A stretch of 64,000 bases of DNA from Pseudomonadota bacterium (GTDB taxonomy: Bacteria > Pseudomonadota > Gammaproteobacteria > Pseudomonadales > Halieaceae), in the NCBI GenBank assembly GCA_039815155.1, contig JBCBZV010000008.1, positions 1,081 to 65,080 of the forward strand. The letters are read 5' to 3'. The notes under the pieces are model-generated. The model was given only the letters and a program-made list of their open reading frames with translations. It was not told where the DNA came from and searched no databases. The position numbers and the translations under genes were made by a program. Shown here one piece after another: positions 1-8,268 of the stretch. Positions within the stretch are counted from its first letter, which is position 1. Every line of letters begins with the position of its first letter.

Positions 1-372
1 GTTGTTGGCAAAACTGTAGAACGACAGGGCGCCGGGCAGACCGCCGCTGGCGCTGGTGACTTCGCCCGATAGGAACTCACCGGCTGCGGTGCCCGTGATG
101 TTCTGGCCGGTGCCGGTGACCGTGCCCAGTTGATCAAAGAAATCTCGGCTCGCGCTATTACCCGGCCCCGGCGTGTCATCGTGAATATCAATCTCAACCG
201 GCGTCGGTTGACCCGCCGATTGGGACGTCACTTTGGGGGTAATGTTGTTGAGGGCGCTTACTCCTCCGGTTGTACTTCCACCCACAGAAGTACTGTTTAG
301 TTGATTAGTGATGTTGGACGGATTTGCCGTCGTCAACGCGTTTGTTGTTACTCCATTGGTCTCGTCAGTCAT
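1..372 (-). CDS. N-terminal 124 aa of a Thr/Ser/Gly/Asn-rich protein, truncated by the window edge (possible large surface or secreted protein)
   Basis: Hand translation: ATG at 372 preceded by AGAGGAG 6 nt upstream; frame open to position 1 (MTDETNGVTTNALTTANPSNITNQLNSTSVGGSTTGG...LSFYSFANN). Not in the ORF track because no stop lies in the window. Confidence 0.8.
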   Translation of the reverse strand, partial: MTDETNGVTTNALTTANPSNITNQLNSTSVGGSTTGGVSALNNITPKVTSQSAGQPTPVEIDIHDDTPGPGNSASRDFFDQLGTVTGTGQNITGTAAGEFLSGEVTSASGGLPGALSFYSFANN

Positions 373-542
373 TGCTGGCTCCTCTGATGGGAATTGGCGT
401 TTTTCGCAGACACAGCAACCCGGCAGACGGGACAGATGAGGGGATGCCTCACAGGCCCTGCCGCCTAGGTCCTATTAAAAAAACACAGGCACGACGAAAA
501 GGAAATGAGAATCTGTAAAATTTTTAGACGGTTTTGATCTTA

Positions 543-566
543 AAACCTGGCTAATTTGTCAGGTTT
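543..566. promoter_or_regulatory. Palindromic operator candidate, lux-box-like (ACCTG-N10-CAGGT)
   Basis: AAACCTG gctaatttgt CAGGTTT: perfect 7-bp arms and 10-bp spacer in an AT-rich stretch upstream of the 372 ORF. Confidence 0.4.
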
Positions 567-1044
567 ATTTACAAAACAACAAAAAATCCAGGTATTTCGA
601 GGAGTTATCGCTTACGGAGACGGCTAGACGTAGGAACTGAACTACGTCAACTCTCTTGAGGCGCAAACGCAGCGAAGTTAATGCAGCGATGTGAAAGTAG
701 CGTCGTGAATAGGTGTAATCGCCCAGATGTGGACTGACATAGAGAGTCAATCTTGATCGAGTTCTCTCCTTAGCGGACGTTCGGGGCTAAGCTTGATGAT
801 CGCCGACATCGGCTAGGGAGCGGCCGCCGATACCGCTGCTCACTGCCATTGGCATTTGCTCGGGAGCAACTTAGATCGACACTGCGCTCATTTCCATAAC
901 TAGAGACATTTCTACATTCTCCAGAGACCCGTCTCACGACGTAACAGTCTGCCCGTTCCAGGGGTGGAATCGGATTTCCTTCGGTGTCAAACGCGTGTAA
1001 TTCATTACTGCATCACGCGCCTGCTAGGCGACCGCAGCAAACGC

Positions 1045-1962
1045 TTACTTGGCGCCCTCGTTCGGACGTCCCAGTCTCTCAGCCCACGCGTGGGTCCCTG
1101 GTGCGAGCGCCTCTAGTACTTCAACTGCGGATTGTGTCGACCACTCTGAAGCAGGTGCCGCACGAAGGCTGAGCCTCAACTTCCGGAGGAAGTTCAGACC
1201 AGAGCGGCCATATATAAGAGCGGCATGTTGGGCGAACACGGCTTGGTACCATCCGTAATTGGCCGTTCCCTCTGGCGAGCCAAGGTACCCATAGTACTCA
1301 GCTTCGAAATCGGCTAGGGACGTGAAGCGGGGCCGAGGACCAGAGATTGTGGCACTCACGAACGCATTCCAAATCTCTGCCCGTTCCGGCGCCACAGATA
1401 CGAGGAACGCGTACGCAAAGTATGTGGCCAGGAATTCGTCAAGCCAACGAACCGGAGGCGCACCTGCTAGGTCCTCTGGGTACACAAACGCAGAGGTATA
1501 AACGTGCCCCAATTCGTGAAACGCGATGTTGTCGACCATGTCCGCAGCCCGGACGCTCCCCAACAGCTCGACGAAGTCAGGGAACAATACACTCAATTCT
1601 GGGGAAGCCGGCAAGACTAAGACCCAAGGAGCTTCAAGCGATACGTACGGCAATCCGTATGGGAACGGCTCGATCTCCGCCCACTCAGCTTCATCAAGTA
1701 CAGCCACGCTGAACTCAGCTTGAACGCCGAGTTGTTCCGACAAATAGGCGTCGACTTCATGCAGAAGCACGGCGAGGCTCTCAGCACGTTCCTGCTGCCC
1801 AGGTGAGTAGAAGACTTCTCGACTCGCGTTTAACGAGGCGACCCCTGTCGCTCGCACCTTGGCTAGCGTCGGATCTATCTGGGCCAACGCAGGGGTAGAG
1901 ATACTCAGAAGACACGCCGCACACCACCAGGCAGCCATTTTCGTTTTGACTGTTATTTTCAT
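1045..1962 (-). CDS. Secreted putative zinc metallopeptidase (gluzincin-like)
   Basis: GGAG RBS before ATG 1962; signal peptide ending PALA-Q; HELGH motif followed by WLDEFLATY (candidate third-ligand Glu). Confidence 0.65.
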   Translation of the reverse strand: MKITVKTKMAAWWCAACLLSISTPALAQIDPTLAKVRATGVASLNASREVFYSPGQQERAESLAVLLHEVDAYLSEQLGVQAEFSVAVLDEAEWAEIEPFPYGLPYVSLEAPWVLVLPASPELSVLFPDFVELLGSVRAADMVDNIAFHELGHVYTSAFVYPEDLAGAPPVRWLDEFLATYFAYAFLVSVAPERAEIWNAFVSATISGPRPRFTSLADFEAEYYGYLGSPEGTANYGWYQAVFAQHAALIYGRSGLNFLRKLRLSLRAAPASEWSTQSAVEVLEALAPGTHAWAERLGRPNEGAK

Positions 1963-2075
1963 TGTGCTCCGGCGCCCCAAGAAACAGGACCACAACTATA
2001 TAGTAAGTGACCGCTTTGGGTCGGGTAGCGTCATCCCGCCCTCGAGATCACGAACGTCAGCTTACCGGTTGCGCA

Positions 2076-2114
2076 GATTCTCGGTGACAGTTCCGCGATT
2101 CTCGGTGACAGTTC
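2076..2114 (+). repeat. Two perfect 18-bp direct repeats GATTCTCGGTGACAGTTC separated by CGC
   Basis: Copies read at 2076-2093 and 2097-2114. Confidence 0.9.
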
Positions 2115-2229
2115 ACTCAATTCAGAAGCTCATAAGTGCGCATAAGGCCACTGACAGTTGAGCAAACTGAACTTCCCTCGATAGATCGGACATTTCATCT
2201 AGGAGACAATCCTACGCACGGAGTGACCG

Positions 2230-2523
2230 ATGACCAAACGAAAGACTTACAGCAAAGCCTTCAAAATTGAAGCTGTCAGACAGCTAGAAGCGGGTGAGAT
2301 CCCCGCAGAACAACTCGCCAGGGAGCTCGGCGTTCGCCGGGTCCTACTCTACAGATGGCAAAAGGATCTGGAGGAGAAAGGAGAGCATGCGTTTCTCAAC
2401 AATCCTGGACCAAAACCCCGCACCGACGCTGAACTTGCAAAGCTCAGAGCCGAGAACAAACGCCTTCAAGAGGAGGTCGAGATCCTAAAAAAGGCGGCAG
2501 CGTACTTCGCGCGCGACCTATAG
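2230..2523 (+). CDS. IS3 transposase OrfA (HTH)
   Basis: KTYSKAFKIEAVRQL...LARELGV...LYRW HTH; C-terminal EVEILKKAAAYFA typical of IS3 OrfA. Confidence 0.9.
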   Translation: MTKRKTYSKAFKIEAVRQLEAGEIPAEQLARELGVRRVLLYRWQKDLEEKGEHAFLNNPGPKPRTDAELAKLRAENKRLQEEVEILKKAAAYFARDL

Positions 2524-2532
2524 CGAAGTACG
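2487..2532 (+). promoter_or_regulatory. -1 programmed frameshift signal of IS3
   Basis: A6G slippery site at 2487-2493, then a 10-bp stem CGTACTTCGC (2501-2510) / GCGAAGTACG (2523-2532). Confidence 0.85.
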
Positions 2533-3383
2533 CCTTTATTCGCCAGCAAAGATCGCAGTACCCCTTGCTGCGTCTGTGCTCAGTTTTGGGCGTTTCGCGC
2601 AGTGGTTACTAGGATTGGCTAAAACGGAAGCCCAGTGCCCGTGATCAAGCCAATACGGAGCTGATTAAAGAGATCCGCCAGATTCACGGTGAGGTCTATC
2701 GCAGCTATGGTTCGCCGCGCATGCACGTTGAGTTGCTTCATCGAGGTTATGCAGCGAGCCGCAGCCGGGTGGAGCGCCTTATGCGGGCACACGATATCCG
2801 AGCAGAGCGATCCAATCGTCATCGACGGTGTCGGCGTCACCGAGAACATCAATCGCCCGAACCTAATCGTCTGAGCCGCCAGTTCTACGCCTCGGCCCCT
2901 AATCAGAAGTGGGTATCAGACATCACCTTTATTGAGACTCGCCAGGGCTGGTTGTACCTGGCGGTGGTGCTGGATCTCTACTCAAGGGCTGTGGTGGGGT
3001 GGTCAATGCGTCAGCGGCTCACAGCTCATATTGTCAGAGACGCTTTGGACATGGCGGTACAGCAACGAAGCGGCGTAAGAGGCGCTTTAGTCCATTCGGA
3101 TCAAGGGGCTCAATATTTGGCGGCGATCTACCGACAAGATCTAGCCAGGTATGGCTTGGTTGCGAGCATGAGTCGGAAAGGTGAATGCCATGACAATGCG
3201 GTGGCGGAAAGTTTCTTCCACACGCTGAAGGAGGAGCTCACCCATGATGGAATATTCGAGACCAGGGAAGAAGCCAAGCAAGCACTGTTCCGCTACATTG
3301 AATTGTTCTACAACCGGAAAAGGCGTCATTCCTATCTGGGGTACGAGCCACCATTGGCCTATGAGATGATGAACGCCGCTTAA
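2487..3383 (+). pseudogene. IS3 transposase OrfB (DDE) interrupted by an in-frame TAG at 2610-2612
   Basis: -1 frame reads ...GVSRSGY*DWLKRKPSARD...YGSPRMHVEL...WVSDITF...HSDQGAQY...DNAVAESFF; the stop sits where a Tyr is usual (SGYY.W). Confidence 0.85.
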
Positions 3384-3593
3384 TTAACGTGTCCGATTTA
3401 GTGAGGGAAGTTCAGACTGTCACGCTAATTCGAAAATCCAGACTTCTGCTTAAAGGAAGGACCTCGCTACAATAGCGCCGCGAAAATCCGACCCATGCTG
3501 ATCGACGCAGCCCGCAAGACCGAGCGCGATTGATGTTTCCCAATGTGGAGCGCGCTTACTGTCTCAACTTTCCCAAACACAACGAGGTTCACT

Positions 3594-4271
3594 GTGGAAT
3601 TTGATGAAGTCGTTCTTGGCCGTAGAAGCATTCGAGGCTACCAACCAAAGCCAGTGCCCAAAGCGCTGATCAAGGAGGTACTCGCGCTGGCTATGCGCTC
3701 TCCGTCGTCAATGAACACGCAACCGTGGAATTTTACGGTTGTCACCGGCGACGTGCTTGACCGCATTCGCGCCGGCAATACCGAACGCAATCTCGCTGGT
3801 ATTCCACACTCCCGCGAATTTCGCATCGGTCAGCCATTTACCGGACAACATCGCGATCGCCAGGTCGGAGTCGCCAAACAGTTGTTCGCGGCCATGGGCA
3901 TTGCGCGAGAAGATACAGAGGGTCGACAGGACTGGGTAATGCGCGGCTTCAGGCAGTTTGATGCGCCGGTGTGCGTAATTATCACCTATGATCGTGTATT
4001 GGCAGAGAGTGACGACACCGCCTTTGACTGCGGTGCAGTGACAACCGCGTTGGTGAATGCGGCGTGGTCGCGAGGCCTCGGGGCCGTCATTAACAGCCAG
4101 GGCATCATGCAGTCACCGGTAGTTCGCGAACACGCCGGTATTGCCGAAGACCAGGTCATCATGAAAGCGGTTGCGCTCGGCTGGCCGGACGACAGTTTCC
4201 CGGCGAACGCTGTGGTGTCGGAACGCAAAAGCGTGGATGAAGCGGCAACCTTTCTTGGTTTTGCTGAGTAG
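3594..4271 (+). CDS. Nitroreductase family protein
   Basis: RRSIRGY, SPSSMNTQPW and FDAP motifs; GAGG RBS before GTG 3594. Confidence 0.9.
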   Translation: MEFDEVVLGRRSIRGYQPKPVPKALIKEVLALAMRSPSSMNTQPWNFTVVTGDVLDRIRAGNTERNLAGIPHSREFRIGQPFTGQHRDRQVGVAKQLFAAMGIAREDTEGRQDWVMRGFRQFDAPVCVIITYDRVLAESDDTAFDCGAVTTALVNAAWSRGLGAVINSQGIMQSPVVREHAGIAEDQVIMKAVALGWPDDSFPANAVVSERKSVDEAATFLGFAE

Positions 4272-4363
4272 TCGGCCTTCCAGATATCGGAGTACCGAAA
4301 AAGCCGGAAAGGTCCCGTGGGTATCCAACTCCGCTTCGACACATCCTCCTGCGAGCGAATCGA

Positions 4364-4466
4364 TGTGGCGCCTACACCGACCGCCACTCCGTTGATGGCC
4401 GCAATCACCGGCTTCAGGCTGTCAAAAATACGCAGTGTCACCAGACCGCCCTCGTCCCTGGGGGCT
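4364..4466 (-). pseudogene. Isolated fragment (~34 aa) of an enoyl-CoA hydratase/crotonase
   Basis: Reads APRDEGGLVTLRIFDSLKPVIAAINGVAVGVGAT, the crotonase KPVIAAING.A.G.G signature; no flanking crotonase sequence. Confidence 0.75.
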
Positions 4467-4701
4467 TGGGAATCATTGTGACAATTCACCAATCTCAGCA
4501 AAGTGTGACCAGCTAACTCATGTGGTGGCTTCGGTATTTTTGAGTACGCTTGTTCTTGATGCTTGCGCGCATCTCTTTTACGGGCAGCAGCCCGAATTCG
4601 AGGGTTAAAGATCGCATGATCTCAAAGTCATCAGCGCAGGCTCCTTCGGGAGCTTGAAATTGATGACAAAACGCACACATTAAGGCGCTATCCTTTGGCA
4701 C

Positions 4702-4980
4702 GTGAAGGTCTTTAATTGGAGCGCAGAGAAAAACCAGCGGCTAATTCAGGATCGCGGGGTTTCCTTTGAGGAGGCTGTGTTTTTTATTCAAGCGGGTGGC
4801 CTTCTTAATGATATCGTCCACCCGAACGCGGCGGGGTATCCGAATCAGCGAATGTTTGTGGTCGCAATTGAGGAATACGTGTATTTGGTGCCGTACGTTG
4901 AGGATGCGGATCAGATATTTCTGAAAACGATTATTCCGAGCCGAAAGTTCACAAAGTTGTATTTGGGAGAGGCGAAATGA
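4702..4980 (+). CDS. BrnT-like toxin of a type II TA pair
   Basis: F.W..EKN..L...RGVSFEEA pattern; C-terminal KTIIPSRK; ATGA overlap with the next gene. Confidence 0.75.
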   Translation: MKVFNWSAEKNQRLIQDRGVSFEEAVFFIQAGGLLNDIVHPNAAGYPNQRMFVVAIEEYVYLVPYVEDADQIFLKTIIPSRKFTKLYLGEAK

Positions 4981-5264
4981 GCAAATCGAAGTTGCCTAAA
5001 GAAGAGCGAGAATTGCTCAAAGCCGTTGAGCGCGGCGACTTTATGTCCGAACTCAGCGATCAGCGTCGTGCCGAACTCGAACTAATAGCAGGCAACACCT
5101 TCAAGAAAGACAAGCGAATCAATATCCGGATTTCCAACCGGGATCTGCTCGCAGTGCAGTCCAAAGCATCGCAAGAAGGCATTCCTTATCAGACGTTGGT
5201 TTCAAGCATCATTCACAAATACGTAAGCGGATCGCTCCGCGACGTATCTCAAAACGAAGATTAA
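4977..5264 (+). CDS. CopG/RHH-type antitoxin (BrnA-like)
   Basis: KDKRINIRIS...GIPYQTLVSSIIHKYV ribbon-helix-helix; coupled to the toxin. Confidence 0.75.
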   Translation: MSKSKLPKEERELLKAVERGDFMSELSDQRRAELELIAGNTFKKDKRINIRISNRDLLAVQSKASQEGIPYQTLVSSIIHKYVSGSLRDVSQNED

Positions 5265-5265
5265 T

Positions 5266-5342
5266 TGGTGGGCCCAGTAGGACTTGAACCTACGACCAAT
5301 CGATTATGAGTCGACTGCTCTAACCAACTGAGCTATGGGCCC
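5266..5342 (-). tRNA. tRNA-Ile2 (anticodon CAT, lysidine type)
   Basis: 77-nt cloverleaf GGGCCCATAGCTCAGTTGGTTAGAGCAGTCGACT-CAT-AATCGATTGGTCGTAGGTTCAAGTCCTACTGGGCCCACCA. G1-C72 pairing argues against fMet; C4 and C5 in the acceptor stem match TilS determinants. tRNA call is firm; Ile2 versus elongator Met is slightly less so. Confidence 0.92.
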
Positions 5343-5371
5343 TGTGAGGGTGGTGCTTTGCGGGGAGCGCG

Positions 5372-5377
5372 ATTATA
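5372..5377 (-). promoter_or_regulatory. -10 element for the tRNA
   Basis: TATAAT followed by a GC-rich discriminator CGCGCTCCCC; no clear -35. Confidence 0.5.
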
Positions 5378-5444
5378 GGTGATCGTGTGGATCATCGCAC
5401 CGTTTAATCAGCGGCGCGGTTTCGCCAATCCAATCAGGCATTCT

Positions 5445-7304
5445 TCACTCGTTTTCTCGCACAACCTCTAAGAACGCCTCCGCATATTTCTCACACTTTC
5501 GCTCCCCAACACCAGACAGCTCTGCAAATTCCGCAACGGTTTTAGGCCGTAGATCACACATTTGCTGAAGCGTGCGATCGTGGAATACGACGTACGGGGG
5601 AATACCCTGTTCCTCTGCCAGCTGGCGGCGGCATTCGCGCAGTGCTTCCCAGAGCGTTACGTCGATGTGTTCGGGCAAGGCGGTTTTGGTGGTGCGTTTA
5701 GCGCTGCTGGATTTCGGGTCTTGACGCAGGGCGATCTCGACTTCGCCGCGCAGGACGCCGCGAGCGGCCGGTTGCAAAACCACTGCGCCAAAGCGGTCCA
5801 TGTCGACGCTGAGATAGCCCCTGGCAACCAGTTGCCGAAAAACCGATCGCCATTGCTTAACGCTGAGTTCTTTCCCCACGCCGAAGGTGGGCAGGTAGTG
5901 ATGGTTGTTGGTGAAGATCTTGTCGTTTTCCGTGCCGCGCAGCACATCGATCAGGTGGTTTACGCCAAAACGCTGGTCGGTGCGATACACGGCCGAGAGC
6001 GCCATTTTCGATGCCTCGGTGCCATCCCAGGTGCTGACCGGGGTAATGCAGTTATCGCAGTTCCCGCACGGTGTTTCCCGCTCTTCACCAAAGTAGCCCA
6101 GCAACGCCAGCCGTCGACAGGTGGTGATCTCGCAAAGGCCGAGCAGTGCGTTGAGCCGGTTTTGCTCTTCTCGCTTGTAGTCTTCGCTGCCCTGAGATTG
6201 CTGCAGCATCTGGCGAAGCATGATGACGTCTTGCAGACCGTAGACCATCCAGGCATCGGCGGCTTGTCCATCGCGTCCGGCGCGGCCCGTTTCCTGGTAA
6301 TAGGCTTCGACGGTTTTGGGGAGATCAAGGTGAGCGACGAATCGCACGTCTGGTTTGTCGATGCCCATGCCGAAGGCAATGGTCGCGACAATGATGACGC
6401 CATCTTCCCGGAGAAAGCGTCGTTGGTGCGCCTCTCGCTGTTCACTTCTGAGCCCCGCATGGTAGGGCAGGGCGTCAAAGCCCTGGTCCTTCAGCCACTG
6501 GGCTGTTTCTTCTACCCGTTTACGCGACAGGCAGTAAACGATGCCCGCATCATTCGCATGCTCGTTACGCAAAAACTTCAGGAGCTGGGCGCGGGGATTG
6601 TCCTTCAACGCGATTCGGTAGCAGATATTAGGCCGGTCGAAACTGGCAACAAAGTGTCGTGTGGCTTCAAGCTGCAGGCGCTGGGCAATCTCCTTTCGCG
6701 TGCGCTCGTCGGCGGTGGCGGTTAGCGCTATGCGGGGTATGGTGGGAAAGCGCTCGTGCAGCTCACTGAGCAGAAGGTAGTCTTCCCGAAAGTCATGTCC
6801 CCACTGCGATACGCAATGGGCTTCATCGATGGCGAATAGGGCGGGGGTAACCTGTTCGAGCAGGCTGAGGGTACGAGGCTGAAGCAAGCGCTCGGGGGCG
6901 ATGTACAAAAGGTCCAGGCGATCGTGCAGCCATTCGTGTTCGATCGCATCCGCCTGCTGTGGCAACAGGCTTGAATTCAGGTAGGCCGCTCGGACGCCCA
7001 GCTGTTGCAGCGCTTCAACCTGGTCCTGCATCAGCGCAATCAGCGGCGATACGACAATCGCGCAGCCATCCCGGAGCAACGCAGGGAGTTGATAGCAGAG
7101 CGATTTGCCGCCGCCGGTTGGCATAATCACGAGAGCGTCCTCACCCCGCAGGAGGCAATCGACGATCTCGCCCTGCGGTGGTCGAAACGCCGTGTAGCCG
7201 AACACCTGTTCCAGGGCGGCTAATGCGGGGCTCGGTGGTGACTGTTCCGAAATCAGAGAGGGCTGTTGAACGGCGGGCGTTTCGGTTGCTGTTTGGCTGG
7301 TCAT
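5445..7304 (-). CDS. recQ: ATP-dependent DNA helicase RecQ
   Basis: [19 protein letters not shown] Zn cysteines and HRDC domain. Start at 7304 preferred; the ORF extends to 7346. Confidence 0.97.
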   Translation of the reverse strand: MTSQTATETPAVQQPSLISEQSPPSPALAALEQVFGYTAFRPPQGEIVDCLLRGEDALVIMPTGGGKSLCYQLPALLRDGCAIVVSPLIALMQDQVEALQQLGVRAAYLNSSLLPQQADAIEHEWLHDRLDLLYIAPERLLQPRTLSLLEQVTPALFAIDEAHCVSQWGHDFREDYLLLSELHERFPTIPRIALTATADERTRKEIAQRLQLEATRHFVASFDRPNICYRIALKDNPRAQLLKFLRNEHANDAGIVYCLSRKRVEETAQWLKDQGFDALPYHAGLRSEQREAHQRRFLREDGVIIVATIAFGMGIDKPDVRFVAHLDLPKTVEAYYQETGRAGRDGQAADAWMVYGLQDVIMLRQMLQQSQGSEDYKREEQNRLNALLGLCEITTCRRLALLGYFGEERETPCGNCDNCITPVSTWDGTEASKMALSAVYRTDQRFGVNHLIDVLRGTENDKIFTNNHHYLPTFGVGKELSVKQWRSVFRQLVARGYLSVDMDRFGAVVLQPAARGVLRGEVEIALRQDPKSSSAKRTTKTALPEHIDVTLWEALRECRRQLAEEQGIPPYVVFHDRTLQQMCDLRPKTVAEFAELSGVGERKCEKYAEAFLEVVRENE

Positions 7305-7398
7305 CGTCGCCACTTTAGAAGCATTAGGGCAGTGTTGCCAGATCAACAGCGATCCGTGTGGCTGAATGTGTAAAAGGCGATATGTCTAACCAGGTCGG

Positions 7399-8265
7399 TT
7401 ACCGCAAGAGCAAGGTCGGAATACTGGAAGAACGCAATAGGTCCGCCGTTTTGCTGCCAAAGAAAAGCGAACGCAGTGGCGAGTGGCCGAAGGCACCCAT
7501 AATGAGCAGATCGATGGATTCCTTCTGTACGGTGGTGGCGATGACCGACTCGGCATCACCGGGAATCATGTTGGCGTTAACGTCATAGCCCGCTCGGGAA
7601 AGCGTCCTCTCCGCCCAGGCGAGTTTGTTCGAACCGTCCGCACTGACCTTTCCCGACATCAGCAGCACTATCGGCAATCCGGGGAACAGCTTACTGCTCG
7701 CGATCATTTCCACACCCCGTCGGGTCACGGCGCTGCCGTCGAAGGCAAGCATCACTTTTTGTGGTTCACTGAAGCCTTCGGTGACGGTGAGGATTGGTTT
7801 CTGCAATGCGCGCACAACGGACTCCACATTGCGGCCCAAGTCGCGGCTGGTGGCTTCGGCGGAACGACCGCGTCGACCCAGGACGATTAATTGCACCCCG
7901 TCTTCCTGCTCGTGAAGAGTGTCCACAAGTTCGCCATAACGTTGTCGTACATCGACCTCAGTCGCTCCAGCGTGCTTAGCCCGCTCTCGCAGGCGACTCA
8001 GAAAGACTCGGCCTTGCTCGCGTAAGCTGCGCATGCGCGTTTCGTCTTCGGAGGTGAGCTTCGAAAGCAGGTTTTCCTGCGCATCAAAGCCGATCGCTCC
8101 GCTGTGGTCCTCGCCGGAGGGGAGAGTTTCGCTGCGATCGATGATGTGCAAAAGCTCAAGGCCAGTACCGATTCGCGCGGCGGCCCAGGCGGCATAGTCT
8201 GCTACATGGTTGGCGTAGTTGGACTGGTCGACGCAAGCGAGGACTTTCTCTGAGGGCAGTTTCAT
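7399..8265 (-). CDS. Universal stress protein (tandem USP domains)
   Basis: LIVLGRRG, AFDGS and MGAFGHS...GS motifs; coupled to sulP. Confidence 0.92.
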   Translation of the reverse strand: MKLPSEKVLACVDQSNYANHVADYAAWAAARIGTGLELLHIIDRSETLPSGEDHSGAIGFDAQENLLSKLTSEDETRMRSLREQGRVFLSRLRERAKHAGATEVDVRQRYGELVDTLHEQEDGVQLIVLGRRGRSAEATSRDLGRNVESVVRALQKPILTVTEGFSEPQKVMLAFDGSAVTRRGVEMIASSKLFPGLPIVLLMSGKVSADGSNKLAWAERTLSRAGYDVNANMIPGDAESVIATTVQKESIDLLIMGAFGHSPLRSLFFGSKTADLLRSSSIPTLLLR

Positions 8266-8268
8266 GCG

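Larger units (their letters stand above)
2168..3414 (+). mobile_element. IS3-family insertion sequence, 1247 bp
   Basis: 25-bp terminal inverted repeats TGAACTTCCCTCGATAGATCGGACA / TGAACTTCCCTCACTAAATCGGACA (22/25 match), TG...CA ends, orfA plus orfB in the -1 frame. No target-site duplication seen. Confidence 0.95.

Noticed and set aside
373-510. c-di-GMP or other known riboswitch in the leader of the left-edge gene
   Set aside because: Some pairing is possible (GGCAG/CTGCC, TGAGG/CCTCA) but I see no GEMM or other recognisable consensus; needs an Rfam scan.
545-564. LexA (SOS) box
   Set aside because: CTG-N10-CAG is present but both inner positions differ from CTGT-N8-ACAG.
2610-2612. Amber recoding (readthrough) of the IS orfB TAG
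   Set aside because: TAG terminates many core genes here at their expected ends, so it is a true stop.
3986-4501. 171-aa minus-strand ORF as a real gene
   Set aside because: Only about 34 codons are crotonase-like; the rest is intergenic or antisense to the nitroreductase.
760-5265. Integron cassette array or duplicated tRNA 3' end (att site)
   Set aside because: No RYYYAAC...GTTRRRY attC pairs, no integrase and no second copy of TGGTGGGCCCAGTAGG seen in the window.
5562-6725. 387-aa plus-strand ORF
   Set aside because: Entirely antisense to recQ, with no motifs; a typical shadow ORF.
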